From the NCBI GenBank assembly GCA_016295355.1, contig JAEDLK010000005.1, positions 1,871 through 65,870 on the forward strand: a stretch of 64,000 nucleotides of DNA. Direction: 5' to 3'. Under the pieces are notes generated by a model, which saw only the letters and a list, made by a program, of their open reading frames with translations, was not told the origin of the DNA and searched no databases. Made by a program: the position numbers and the translations under genes. This document shows, piece after piece, positions 6,939 through 16,906 of this stretch; position 1 is the stretch's first letter, and each line of letters opens with the position of its first letter. This DNA comes from Clostridiaceae bacterium (GTDB taxonomy: Bacteria; Bacillota; Clostridia; Oscillospirales; Acutalibacteraceae).

Positions 6939-8870
6939 CTACGCCATGATAATTTGCATTAGTTGCAATAGTAAAAAAATCCCGTTCAGTGAGATGGCTG
7001 CTGTCGCATAATGACGCAATTGCAGTCCGTTAACAATGACCCGATTGCCACGCAGAGCCAAATACAAGGCCGGCAAAGCTGCAATAAAGTACCGACCCTG
7101 AACGCCCTCCACAATCGGACTGCTCAGCGGTGTCCAATCAACCATCAGAATAAGCAGTGTCAACATCACCATGACCAAAAACATCAGTAATCCGTAAACA
7201 CGGCCGATGGGCGTTAAAGCCGCCGGCTCATTCTCATGACGTGCAGTGGATAGCAACAGCAACAAAACAAATGCAATAACCACAACCCACGGTGTTTGGG
7301 TCTCGAGCCAACCGAGCGACCCGCCGATTAGCGATTGCAGATAAAAGTCGCCTCTGGCATAAAGGGTCTTGCCGAACATCATCATGGTATGAGCCGGATT
7401 GCCCAGAACATCCATCAAGGAATAACCCTCTGCCGTTCCGTTGACCGCCGAAGCATCGGTCGCCTTTTCCAAACTACCGAATGAACAAATCACAATAGAA
7501 GCTACAGCGATAACGCCCAACCCGATTTTCAGCCACATATGGGCCTTCGGCCAAGCAAAATTCTTTTTGGGAACAAGCAATACCAATGCCGCTACGCCGA
7601 TGTAAACCAGTTTATACGGAACCGCCAAAATAATCAACCCGGCCGTCACGGCCAACTGCTTCCATCCAACCGTTTCCTTACCGTAAATCATACGCAGCAG
7701 ATAGGCAAACAGAACAAAAATCATGCCGATGCTGTAGCAATCATAGGAATACGAGGCGGCTAAATGGAGTGTCATCGGAAGCAGCGACACCGTCATAACA
7801 AAATTCTTGCCAAACGGAATCAGCTTGACGGCAATTGCCATCAAAAGGGCAAAAAACAATAGGTTAAACAACCGCCCCGCATAATACACGACAACGGCAC
7901 CGAGCCCCAACAGGCGGCAAATCGACATGCCGACAGCCGATGGAAAATACGCCAACGGCCTGGAAACAATGCCGTCCAACGGTGTGTTAACAAGCTCGGT
8001 GTTTTTGGCAATCAGCGATTCTTCCTCTGCCAGATGCCTGTAATGATCGTCACTCAAATTCACTTGGTACCGATTGTAAAAATCATAATCATCTTGACGC
8101 ATCATAATCACGCCGTCGGATAAATTGGCCGACGGTTGGAACGAAAGCACATTGGAATACCGATACGCCGATACATAATGTACCGGCTCATCGGGAATGG
8201 TGTGAGGCGTGAACACGCTCATATACAAAAGACCCATCAAAACGATCATCGAAAAGATCAATTGCACCGATTGACCTTTCAAAAAGCGAATTAGGACAAA
8301 CGAACCCACCAAAACGACGGCAATCAGCACACAAAAGAGCCGATAGAAATGCAATTCTTGCGGCTTTGATAAACAAACAGCCGTACTGACCAATGTTTTG
8401 CCGATTCCTGTATTATCAACAAAGGCTTCGCTCGTCCCATCAGCCACCTGTAAAGCCACGGGATGTTCGGGAGTCAAGCGAATCTTCACGGCCGTTCCTT
8501 GAACGTGGACTGCTTCACCGAAATCAAAATAATAATCACGTTGTTCAAACACCGACAGCGTTTGACGCTCATACACCTTGTCTCCCACCGTCACCTCAAC
8601 CGCCAAGGCCGTTTCCTGTTCGGCCGATGCCGTAAATCGCAACCCATCGACTGACCGATCGGACGAAATCCCATTTTCAAAGTCCTGTGCAAAGGTCTGT
8701 CCGGCTTCAACCGAATAATAGGAAAACTGCTCGGCATACACCTGGGCAGGAAACAATTTTGCCGATTTATTGATAAACCGATCGGCACTAACGCTTATCC
8801 CGGCATATAAAAAAAGGAACAGAACAGCGGCCACGATGCCCTTATACTTTTTCAACCATTGTGATACCAT
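6939..8870 (-). CDS. Large polytopic membrane protein, DUF2142-like (GT-C-like fold suspected)
   Basis: 643 aa with more than 10 hydrophobic segments. PDEPVH and GVQGRYF motifs recalled from DUF2142. GGGAGG RBS. Confidence 0.55.
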   Translation of the reverse strand: MVSQWLKKYKGIVAAVLFLFLYAGISVSADRFINKSAKLFPAQVYAEQFSYYSVEAGQTFAQDFENGISSDRSVDGLRFTASAEQETALAVEVTVGDKVYERQTLSVFEQRDYYFDFGEAVHVQGTAVKIRLTPEHPVALQVADGTSEAFVDNTGIGKTLVSTAVCLSKPQELHFYRLFCVLIAVVLVGSFVLIRFLKGQSVQLIFSMIVLMGLLYMSVFTPHTIPDEPVHYVSAYRYSNVLSFQPSANLSDGVIMMRQDDYDFYNRYQVNLSDDHYRHLAEEESLIAKNTELVNTPLDGIVSRPLAYFPSAVGMSICRLLGLGAVVVYYAGRLFNLLFFALLMAIAVKLIPFGKNFVMTVSLLPMTLHLAASYSYDCYSIGMIFVLFAYLLRMIYGKETVGWKQLAVTAGLIILAVPYKLVYIGVAALVLLVPKKNFAWPKAHMWLKIGLGVIAVASIVICSFGSLEKATDASAVNGTAEGYSLMDVLGNPAHTMMMFGKTLYARGDFYLQSLIGGSLGWLETQTPWVVVIAFVLLLLLSTARHENEPAALTPIGRVYGLLMFLVMVMLTLLILMVDWTPLSSPIVEGVQGRYFIAALPALYLALRGNRVIVNGLQLRHYATAAISLNGIFLLLQLMQIIMA

Positions 8871-9147
8871 GTTTTTCCTCCCGATGTCGGCAGATCGACA
8901 ACCTTATCGGTTTATGAGTAACCCATATGTTATGTGTATTATATAAAACGGCCATGGAAAAGTCAAGAAAATATGTCGATAAAAGCCGTTTTTCGCACAC
9001 TTTTTAACCGGTTATTCTTTCGTTGATCGGCTGCTACAAACCAAAGGAAACGCTGTTGACACAAACCGGTGACAAAATCAAATAGGTCAAGCAAAAAGCA
9101 TCCCTCTATCGCATACAGTTTAATATCCGTCTTAAGGAGTGTTGCTT

Positions 9148-9831
9148 ATGATTTTGACCCTATTGTATCAATTTTTTTCCCGTCTATTCTTATGCGGTCT
9201 TCATGTTTCTCATAAAAATGCTTTTCCGCCGCCACTGTCCGGTCAAGAGGAAGCCGCTTTGCTTGAGCGCATGAAAAACGGAGACGAACAGGCCCGCAAC
9301 AGCCTGATTGAACACAACCTGCGTTTGGTTGTCCATATTGTCAAAAAGTATTACGCCATCGGCCATAACCAGGATGATTTAATATCCATCGGCACCATCG
9401 GTCTGATCAAAGCCGTTTCCACCTTTAAGCCGGAAAAAGGCAGTAAACTAACCACCTATGCGGCAAGGTGCATTGAAAATGAAATTCTGATGTACTTCCG
9501 CAGTCTGCGAAAAAGTGCCCAAGATGTGTATATCTCCGACCCGATTGATATTGACAAGGACGGCAATGCCTTGACCGTTGGTGATTTGCTGTCAGATGAA
9601 GTTGATATTGTAGAGAACATCGACAAGAAAATCAAACTGGAACAATTAAGCCGTATTTGTGAATCGGCGCTGACCAAACGGGAATGGGAAATCCTTTCCT
9701 ACCGGTACGGCCTTAATGACAGAGAAGAATTAACCCAACACGAATTAGCTAAGCGACTAGGTATTTCCCGTTCGTATGTTTCCCGTATTGAAAAGGCGGC
9801 ACTGGCTCGGCTGCGACCGTATTTTAAGTAA
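9148..9831 (+). CDS. sigK: Sporulation sigma factor SigK (pro-sigma-K)
   Basis: NAFPPPLS, LIEHNLRLVVHIVKKY, YAARCIENEILM and LGISRSYVSRIEK match SigK rather than SigE. Hydrophobic pro-sequence. AAGGAG 8 nt before the ATG at 9148. Confidence 0.8.
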   Translation: MILTLLYQFFSRLFLCGLHVSHKNAFPPPLSGQEEAALLERMKNGDEQARNSLIEHNLRLVVHIVKKYYAIGHNQDDLISIGTIGLIKAVSTFKPEKGSKLTTYAARCIENEILMYFRSLRKSAQDVYISDPIDIDKDGNALTVGDLLSDEVDIVENIDKKIKLEQLSRICESALTKREWEILSYRYGLNDREELTQHELAKRLGISRSYVSRIEKAALARLRPYFK

Positions 9832-9972
9832 TGGATCCTGTTGAACAAACGGTACTCATGGCTTTACAACCTTTTGTATGGGCTTTAGACTGTCTATTGG
9901 TCAATAGATGCCACCATTCCCTTGCGTTTGGCTGTAAAGAGCGGTCTTTATGATACATTCTCACATCTGTTC

Positions 9973-10001
9973 TTGACAATCTGTCAGTATTCATGTATAA
10001 T
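9973..10001 (+). promoter_or_regulatory. Consensus sigma-A promoter of the citrate synthase operon
   Basis: TTGACA (9973..9978), 17-nt spacer, TATAAT (9996..10001). Confidence 0.65.
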
Positions 10002-10018
10002 TGTATACAATTATACAA
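10000..10018 (+). promoter_or_regulatory. Palindromic operator candidate (GntR-type)
   Basis: Perfect 12-mer palindrome ATTGTATACAAT (10000..10011) overlaps TTGTATA-CAAT-TATACAA (10001..10018), right at the -10/+1 position. Confidence 0.45.
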
Positions 10019-10030
10019 GGAGGCAAAAAA

Positions 10031-11407
10031 ATGCTGGATATTTCCCCGAAAACAAATCTATTAGAACAAAAAAGCTATCGTTATTCCTTGCAGGATATTC
10101 CCGAACCGAATCTGTATCGAGATGTCTACAACTATGATGAAGTACCCCGTGTGGCTTTTAACCACCGCCGCGTGCCGATTGGTATGCCAAAAGAAATATG
10201 GATTACCGACACCTCCCTGCGAGACGGCCAACAATCGGTAGAGCCTTACACGGTTGAACAAATCGTCAATTTGTACCGCCTGATGTCAAAACTTGGCGGC
10301 CCCTACGGCATCATCCGGCAAACGGAATTCTTTGTTTACAGCAAAAAGGATCGGGAAGCGCTGGAGAAATGTCAGGCACTGGGACTTGACTTCCCCGAAA
10401 TCACCACATGGATAAGAGCGAGCAAAGAGGATTTTAAGCTGGTTAAGGATTTGAACATCCGAGAAACCGGCATTTTGGTGTCTTGCAGTGACTACCACAT
10501 CTTCAAAAAACTCAAAATGTCCCGTAAGCAAGCCTTAGATCACTATCTGTCGACCGTCAGTCTGGCTTTTGAGTCAGGTGTAATGCCCCGTTGCCATTTA
10601 GAAGATATTACACGGGCTGATTTTTACGGCTTTGTGGTGCCCTTTGTCAATGAACTGATGAAGATGTCACGGGATGCCGGCATCCCGGTAAAGATCCGGG
10701 CGTGCGACACCATGGGGTACGGTATTCCCTATCCGGAGGTTGCCCTGCCCCGCAGTGTGCCGGGCATTATTTACGGCTTACAGCATTATTCCGATGTTCC
10801 GAGCGAGATGTTGGAGTGGCACGGTCACAATGATTTTTACAAAGCTGTTTCAAACGCCTCAACCGCATGGTTGTACGGTGCCTGTGCCGTTAACTGCTCG
10901 CTGTTGGGCATCGGTGAGAGAACCGGTAACATTCCCTTGGAGGCCATGGTGATGGAATACGCTTCACTGCGCGGTTCATTAGACGGAATGGATCCCACGG
11001 TGATTACCGAGATTGCCGATTATTTCCGTAAGGACATCGGGTATGATATTCCTCCCATGACGCCCTTTGTCGGCCGCGATTTCAATGTAACCCGCGCCGG
11101 TATTCATGCTGACGGCCTGTTAAAAGATCAGGAAATCTATAACATCTTTAATACCGAAAAAATTCTCGGCCGCCGTCCCACGGTGATGCTGTCAAACACC
11201 TCGGGACTGGCCGGCATTGCCTACTGGATCAACGAAAATTATGCGCTTTCAGGCAGTCAGGCTATTGATAAAAAAGATCCGTTAGTGGCTCATTTGAAGG
11301 AATGGATTGACGAGATCTACGCCGGCGGACGCCAAACCTCGCTCTCGGTACATGAGATAGAGGAAAAAATCGAGACCCTGTGCAAGGGACGATTCCGCAG
11401 GTTATAA
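10031..11407 (+). CDS. Re-citrate synthase candidate (isopropylmalate/homocitrate synthase family)
   Basis: HMGL-like motifs TDTSLRDGQQ, HGHND and GIGERTGN. AGGAGG RBS before the ATG at 10031. The context with aconitase and IDH matches the Clostridium kluyveri-type Re-citrate synthase. Confidence 0.65.
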   Translation: MLDISPKTNLLEQKSYRYSLQDIPEPNLYRDVYNYDEVPRVAFNHRRVPIGMPKEIWITDTSLRDGQQSVEPYTVEQIVNLYRLMSKLGGPYGIIRQTEFFVYSKKDREALEKCQALGLDFPEITTWIRASKEDFKLVKDLNIRETGILVSCSDYHIFKKLKMSRKQALDHYLSTVSLAFESGVMPRCHLEDITRADFYGFVVPFVNELMKMSRDAGIPVKIRACDTMGYGIPYPEVALPRSVPGIIYGLQHYSDVPSEMLEWHGHNDFYKAVSNASTAWLYGACAVNCSLLGIGERTGNIPLEAMVMEYASLRGSLDGMDPTVITEIADYFRKDIGYDIPPMTPFVGRDFNVTRAGIHADGLLKDQEIYNIFNTEKILGRRPTVMLSNTSGLAGIAYWINENYALSGSQAIDKKDPLVAHLKEWIDEIYAGGRQTSLSVHEIEEKIETLCKGRFRRL

Positions 11408-11419
11408 GGAGGAAAAAGC

Positions 11420-12073
11420 ATGGATCACAAGCCTGTTTCACTGGCAAATCAGGTTTTTGAACAACTGGAAAATGACATTTTAAGCGGCAAGTATAAACGG
11501 GGAGAGGTGCTGACCGAGCTGACCCTTTGTCAGAGTCTGGGTGTCAGCCGTACCCCTGTCCGTGAGGCACTTCGGCGGCTGTCCCAGGAGCATTTGATTG
11601 AGGAAATATCACGGGGCAATCTTGTATTAGGCATCGACCGAAAGGATCTTGAGGATATTTACACCATACGGCAGGCCATTGAGCCTCTGACGGCGGCTAT
11701 GGCCGCCGTCAATGCCACCGATGATGAATTAAAAGAGATGAAGGAAACCATAGAGCTTCAGGAGTTCTATCTACAAAAAAACGATCCTTTACATATACGC
11801 CAAATGGACAGCGAGTTTCACCGACAGCTATACGCCGCCAGCCATAGAACCGTCCTTTTTGATACCCTAATGCCGCTTCACAAAAAGGTTCAAAAGTACC
11901 GCAAGCTCTCTGTCGAGGATCACGGTCGGGCGGCCATCTCGGTGTCGGAGCACGCTGCTATTCTTGCCGCCGTCATATCAAGGAATAAGGAAAAGGCTAG
12001 GGACGCCATGAGCTGCCATATTGCAAATGCCTATGACAGCATTATGAGGGAGGAGCATATACAATGGGATTAA
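11420..12073 (+). CDS. GntR-family transcriptional regulator (FadR/FCD subfamily)
   Basis: N-terminal winged HTH (LCQSLGVSRTPVREALRRL) plus a helical FCD-like C-terminal domain. Confidence 0.85.
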   Translation: MDHKPVSLANQVFEQLENDILSGKYKRGEVLTELTLCQSLGVSRTPVREALRRLSQEHLIEEISRGNLVLGIDRKDLEDIYTIRQAIEPLTAAMAAVNATDDELKEMKETIELQEFYLQKNDPLHIRQMDSEFHRQLYAASHRTVLFDTLMPLHKKVQKYRKLSVEDHGRAAISVSEHAAILAAVISRNKEKARDAMSCHIANAYDSIMREEHIQWD

Positions 12074-13995
12074 CACTGGCACAAAAAATCATTAAGGAGC
12101 ATTTGGTGAGCGGAACAATGGTTCCGGGCACCGAAATTTCTCTGCGCATTGACCAAACACTGACTCAGGATGCCACCGGCACCATGGCGTATTTGGAATT
12201 TGAAAGTATGGGTATTGACCGGGTTCGCACCAAGAAAAGCGTTGCCTATATTGATCATAACACCCTGCAATCGGGCTTTGAAAACGCCGACGATCATCGG
12301 TATATTCAGTCCGTGGCCAAAAAGCACGGCATTTGGTTTTCACGGCCCGGCAACGGCATTTGCCACCAGGTGCATCTGGAACGGTTCGGCATTCCCGGAC
12401 AAACGCTCATCGGGTCAGACAGTCATACCCCCACCGCCGGCGGACTCGGTATGTTGGCCTTCGGTGCCGGAGGCATGGATGTTGCGGTTGCGATGGGCGG
12501 CGGTGCCTATTACATCACCATGCCCAAAATGTTTAAGGTCAATCTGACCGGACGGTTGCGCCCCTTTGTCACCGCTAAGGATGTCAGCCTTGAAATTCTG
12601 CGAATTTTATCTGTCAAGGGCGGTGTCGGTGCCATTTTGGAATGGGGCGGCGAAGGATTAGCCTCTTTGAGCGTACCGGAGCGGGCCACCATCACCAACA
12701 TGGGCACCGAGCTGGGTGCCACCACCTCTCTGTTCCCCTCTGACGAGGTAACAAGAGACTTTTTACGCCGGCAGGGGCGAGAGCAGGATTATACACCTCT
12801 TTTCTCTGATGCAGATGCTGTTTACGACCGTGTGATTGACATTGACCTGTCTACACTGGTACCGCTGATTGCCTGCCCTCACAGCCCCGATAGGATTGTG
12901 ACGGTGGAAAGCCTGAAGGGAACCAAGGTTGATCAGGTTTGCATCGGCTCGTGTACAAACTCTTCCTTGCTTGACTTGTTAAAGGTAGCGTCGTTGTTAA
13001 AGGGCAAAACCATTTGCGACAGCGTCAGCGTCTCGGTATCGCCCGGTTCCAAACAGGTATTATCCATGCTGGCCGACAGCGGTGCTCTTTCGGATATTCT
13101 ATCCAGCGGCGCCCGTGTACTGGAATGTGCCTGCGGACCTTGCATCGGCATGGGCTTTTCCCCCAACTCTGCCGGGGTTTCCCTTCGCACCTTCAATCGG
13201 AACTTTGAGGGGCGGAGCGGAACGGCGGATGCCAGAGTTTATTTGGTGTCTCCCGAAACAGCGGTAGCGGCCGCTCTGACGGGAGAGATCACCGATCCCC
13301 GTCTGCTCGGCGAAGCACCTGATGTCTGCCTACCGGAACGCTTTAAGCTGGATGACACCGCCGTCTTGCCACCGGCCGACGAATCAGAAGCCTCCGATGT
13401 TCAGGTGCTGCGCGGCCCGAATATCAAAGAATTCCCCGTGGCAAAAAAAGGAGCCGATTGCCTGTGTGTTCCGGTTTCCCTAAAGGTCGCAGACAATATT
13501 ACCACCGACCATATCATGCCGGCCGGAGCCAAAATTCTGCCCTACCGCTCCAACATTCCGTATTTGTCCCGCTTCTGCTTTGCCGTATGTGATCAAGGCT
13601 TCAGCGAACGAGCCGCATCATTGGGCGAAAGTATCATCATCGGCGGCAGCAATTACGGACAGGGTTCCAGTAGAGAGCACGCCGCCTTAGTACCGATGTA
13701 TTTGGGCGTGCGCTGTGTTATTGCCAAGAGCTTTGCCCGTATTCATGTGGCCAATCTCATTAACGCCGGTATTGTCCCGCTTGTCTTTGAAAACCCCGAC
13801 GATTACGACACGATTGACCAAGGAGACACCCTTTCCCTTTGCCATCTGTTCCAAGGCATGGAAAATGGGCGCATCAAGCTGGAAAACAAAACAAAGGGAA
13901 CCTTTTTCTATGTAACGGCCGACTTCACCGACCGTCAAAAAAGCATTCTGAAGGCCGGCGGATTACTGCCCTATACCAAGGAGGCTAACCAATGA
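12064..13995 (+). CDS. Aconitate hydratase
   Basis: Fe-S ligand motifs IGSDSHT, CIGSCTNSS and CGPCIGMG. 643 aa. Confidence 0.85.
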   Translation: MGLTLAQKIIKEHLVSGTMVPGTEISLRIDQTLTQDATGTMAYLEFESMGIDRVRTKKSVAYIDHNTLQSGFENADDHRYIQSVAKKHGIWFSRPGNGICHQVHLERFGIPGQTLIGSDSHTPTAGGLGMLAFGAGGMDVAVAMGGGAYYITMPKMFKVNLTGRLRPFVTAKDVSLEILRILSVKGGVGAILEWGGEGLASLSVPERATITNMGTELGATTSLFPSDEVTRDFLRRQGREQDYTPLFSDADAVYDRVIDIDLSTLVPLIACPHSPDRIVTVESLKGTKVDQVCIGSCTNSSLLDLLKVASLLKGKTICDSVSVSVSPGSKQVLSMLADSGALSDILSSGARVLECACGPCIGMGFSPNSAGVSLRTFNRNFEGRSGTADARVYLVSPETAVAAALTGEITDPRLLGEAPDVCLPERFKLDDTAVLPPADESEASDVQVLRGPNIKEFPVAKKGADCLCVPVSLKVADNITTDHIMPAGAKILPYRSNIPYLSRFCFAVCDQGFSERAASLGESIIIGGSNYGQGSSREHAALVPMYLGVRCVIAKSFARIHVANLINAGIVPLVFENPDDYDTIDQGDTLSLCHLFQGMENGRIKLENKTKGTFFYVTADFTDRQKSILKAGGLLPYTKEANQ

Positions 13996-15119
13996 GAGAT
14001 GCTGAAATTCGTACCGCCGTTGAGCATTTCGAGGCTCTTTTGAGACGGCAACTGCAACGAGCCGACGACATGAAGCATGCACCGGCCGCACGCCATTACA
14101 CGACGGACACCCCTGTGACCATTGGGCTTGTAGGCGGTGACGGAATCGGCCCCATCATTATGGAACAGGCCACCCGTGTGCTTTCGGTGTTATTAAAGGA
14201 TGAAATAGAGGCCAAAACCGTCACCCTGCGTCGCATCGACGGTTTGACCCTTGAAAACCGCTTGGCGGTAGGACAGGCTGTTCCGGACGATGTTCTGGCC
14301 TCTCTGAAAGAATGTGATCTGTTTCTAAAGGGGCCGACCACCACGCCCAAGGGCGGAAAAATGGAGAGTGCCAATGTGGCCTTGCGTCGTGAACTGGATT
14401 TATATGCCAACATTCGGCCGGTCTGCGTAAAAGAGCAGGGCATTGACTGGATTTTTTACCGTGAAAACACCGAGGGCGAATATGTGTTGGGCTCCAGCGG
14501 CATAGAGATTCCGGGCGCATTGGCCATGGACTTCAAGGTCACGACCGATTGCGGCACCCGACGGATTGCCAAGGCAGCCTTTGACTATGCCAAGGCCAAC
14601 GGAAAAACCAACGTTGCCATTGTCACCAAAGCGAACATCATGAAGAAAACCGATGGTAATTTTTCGGCTATTTGCCACGAGGTCGCCTCCGATTATCCGG
14701 ACATCACTGCCGAGGATTGGTATATTGACATCATGACGGCGAATCTTGTAAACCCGGATATTCGTTCCCGTTTTCAGGTGTTTGTTCTGCCCAATCTGTA
14801 CGGCGACATCATCACGGATGAAGCCGCTCAGATTCAAGGCGGTGTCGGCACGGCCGGCAGTGCCAATATCGGCGACCGTTATGCCATGTTTGAGGCCATT
14901 CACGGATCGGCTCCCCGTCTCATTGAAGAGGGCCTGGGTGATTATGCCAATCCGCAAAGCATCCTCAAAGCGGCCGCTATGATGCTGCGCCACATGGCTC
15001 GTTTTTCTCTTGCAGATCGTTTGGAGAGAGCCTTAGAGGAGGAGCCGTTCCGTTCGGCAGCCGACGGTAGAGGCGACACCGCCAAAGGCTATACCGACCG
15101 TCTGATAGAACGGCTGTAA
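13992..15119 (+). CDS. Isocitrate dehydrogenase (isocitrate/isopropylmalate dehydrogenase family)
   Basis: LRRELDLYANIRP and NLYGDIITDEAAQIQGGVG motifs. ATGA overlap with the aconitase stop. Confidence 0.75.
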   Translation: MRDAEIRTAVEHFEALLRRQLQRADDMKHAPAARHYTTDTPVTIGLVGGDGIGPIIMEQATRVLSVLLKDEIEAKTVTLRRIDGLTLENRLAVGQAVPDDVLASLKECDLFLKGPTTTPKGGKMESANVALRRELDLYANIRPVCVKEQGIDWIFYRENTEGEYVLGSSGIEIPGALAMDFKVTTDCGTRRIAKAAFDYAKANGKTNVAIVTKANIMKKTDGNFSAICHEVASDYPDITAEDWYIDIMTANLVNPDIRSRFQVFVLPNLYGDIITDEAAQIQGGVGTAGSANIGDRYAMFEAIHGSAPRLIEEGLGDYANPQSILKAAAMMLRHMARFSLADRLERALEEEPFRSAADGRGDTAKGYTDRLIERL

Positions 15120-15179
15120 CATCACGCCTGTCATAAGGCTTTAACGGCACAGACCGTCACACCTCTCAAACAACAAGAA

Positions 15180-15233
15180 AGAGTACCGCTCACAAACAAG
15201 GCACAAAGCCGTGAGCGATACTCTTTTTATTTG
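15180..15233 (+). terminator. Terminator of the citrate synthase-IDH operon
   Basis: AGAGTACCGCTCAC...GTGAGCGATACTCT (14 bp with 1 mismatch) followed by TTTTTATTTG. Confidence 0.7.
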
Positions 15234-15508
15234 TTTTACCAAAGCCTTCAGCTCGCATCGGTTTTACGGTATCTTTTGCCGATGCCTCATCGTACAAATA
15301 CTTACCAATACGGTGTAACGGCTGTGCTTTGGTCTCTTTTAGAGAAAAACTTACCCATAACATGGTTTGACCAAAAAGGTATGACGGTTTGTGCGAATAC
15401 CTACGAAGCAAAGTCCATTGGGCTGCCAACTATGAGCGACCATGAGCCGGAAGCCGCCTAAAAACCGCCCTTTAAGGCCATTTTGTTAACCGCTTTGGTT
15501 ATGCCCGA

Positions 15509-16906
15509 TTACTTGCAGAATTCAGCCATAGCACGATAACACATATACACATCCAACTTGGCCGTGGTTTCAAACGGCGCGTGCATGGACAGAACCGGCA
15601 CACCCAAATCAATCACATCCGCTCCCAAATTGGCCACATACATGGCTACCGTCCCGCCACCGCCGATATCCACCCTGCCAAGCTCACCGGTTTGCCAAAT
15701 GATGCCGGCATCGTCCAACAACTGGCGGACATACCCGACATATTCCGCCGAAGCATCACTGGTACCCGCTTTGCCTCTCGAACCGGTGTACTTTGTCAGA
15801 CACACACCGTAGTTGAGATAACTGGCGTTTTTAGCTTCCATAACATCCTTAAAGGTCGGATCGGTGGCCGCATTCACATCGGCCGACAGGCATTTGGTGC
15901 GGCGCAGAGCCAAAGTAACATCACCGCCCTGCATCCGGCAAAGGTCACCCACGGTGTACTTTAAGAAAGCCGAGTTCAAGCCGGTGTTGCCGTCCGACCC
16001 GATCTCCTCCTTGTCGGTTAACACCGCCATGGCTGTGTAACGGGGATTTTCGGTATCGCAAATCGCCCGAAGTGCCGGATAGGCACAAACCCGGTCGTCC
16101 TGTCCGTACGAGCCGATCATAGAGCGGTCAAAGCCGATATCACTGGCTGTAAAGGCCGGCACACATTCCAGTTCGGCCGACAAAAAGTCGCTTTCGGTAA
16201 TGCCGTATTTTTCAAACAGCAGCTCCAAAATGTTCAGCTTGACCAGTTCGCTGGCTTTATCGTCACGGAACGGACGGCTGCCCACTAAAACATTGAGTTC
16301 CTCGCCCTTAATCCCCTCATTTAAGGTGCGCTTGTTCTGCTCGCTTGCCAAATGCGGCAGTAAATCATTCACCACAAATTTCGGTTCGTCAGCCTGTTCA
16401 CCGAGGCTCACCGTAACCGTTTTACCGTCACGCAACGCAAACACGCCGTGCAGGGCCAGCGGAACGGCTGTCCATTGATACTTCTTTATACCGCCGTAGT
16501 AATGAGTCTTTAACAGTGCCAATTCCAGATCCTCATACAGTGGATTCGGCTTAATATCCAACCGAGGAGAATCAATATGAGCGGCTGTCAAGCGAAGGCC
16601 GTTCTCGACCGGCTCGGTACCGATGACGGCAAAGGCCACTGTCTTGCCCCGATTGTTAAAGTAAACCTTTTCGCCGGCGGCATAGGTTTGGCCCTCTTCA
16701 AACGGCACAAAGCCCTTGCTCTCGGCCAATTTGACGGCCTCGATAACCGCCTCTCTCTCGGTTTTGGCGGCATTCAAAAACGCCTTATAGTCCTCGCAAA
16801 ATGCATACGCCTTTTCAATGCAGTCATCCGACACCCGTAAAAGACCGTTTTTACGATTCAGACATAAATGATCCTTTAATTGCTCTGCTTTGGTTTTTTC
16901 GCTCAT
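15509..16906 (-). CDS. M18-family aminopeptidase
   Basis: 465 aa. AAHIDSPRLD motif and overall M18 (aminopeptidase 1) pattern. Confidence 0.8.
   Translation of the reverse strand: MSEKTKAEQLKDHLCLNRKNGLLRVSDDCIEKAYAFCEDYKAFLNAAKTEREAVIEAVKLAESKGFVPFEEGQTYAAGEKVYFNNRGKTVAFAVIGTEPVENGLRLTAAHIDSPRLDIKPNPLYEDLELALLKTHYYGGIKKYQWTAVPLALHGVFALRDGKTVTVSLGEQADEPKFVVNDLLPHLASEQNKRTLNEGIKGEELNVLVGSRPFRDDKASELVKLNILELLFEKYGITESDFLSAELECVPAFTASDIGFDRSMIGSYGQDDRVCAYPALRAICDTENPRYTAMAVLTDKEEIGSDGNTGLNSAFLKYTVGDLCRMQGGDVTLALRRTKCLSADVNAATDPTFKDVMEAKNASYLNYGVCLTKYTGSRGKAGTSDASAEYVGYVRQLLDDAGIIWQTGELGRVDIGGGGTVAMYVANLGADVIDLGVPVLSMHAPFETTAKLDVYMCYRAMAEFCK

Noticed and set aside
14400-14993. 197-aa minus-strand ORF (with similar long antisense ORFs at 22384..22869, 26088..26561 and 38995..39708)
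   Set aside because: All lie fully inside well-supported genes on the opposite strand (IDH, the yhaN-like gene, trkH, the gerAA-like gene). They have Arg/Ser/Pro-rich composition typical of antisense frames in GC-balanced DNA.
15234-15508. ~275-nt gap between convergent genes containing 76- and 79-aa ORFs (15231..15461 plus strand, 15190..15429 minus strand)
   Set aside because: Neither ORF has an RBS or a recognisable motif, and they overlap each other on opposite strands. I saw no convincing RNA motif, so the gap is left unannotated.
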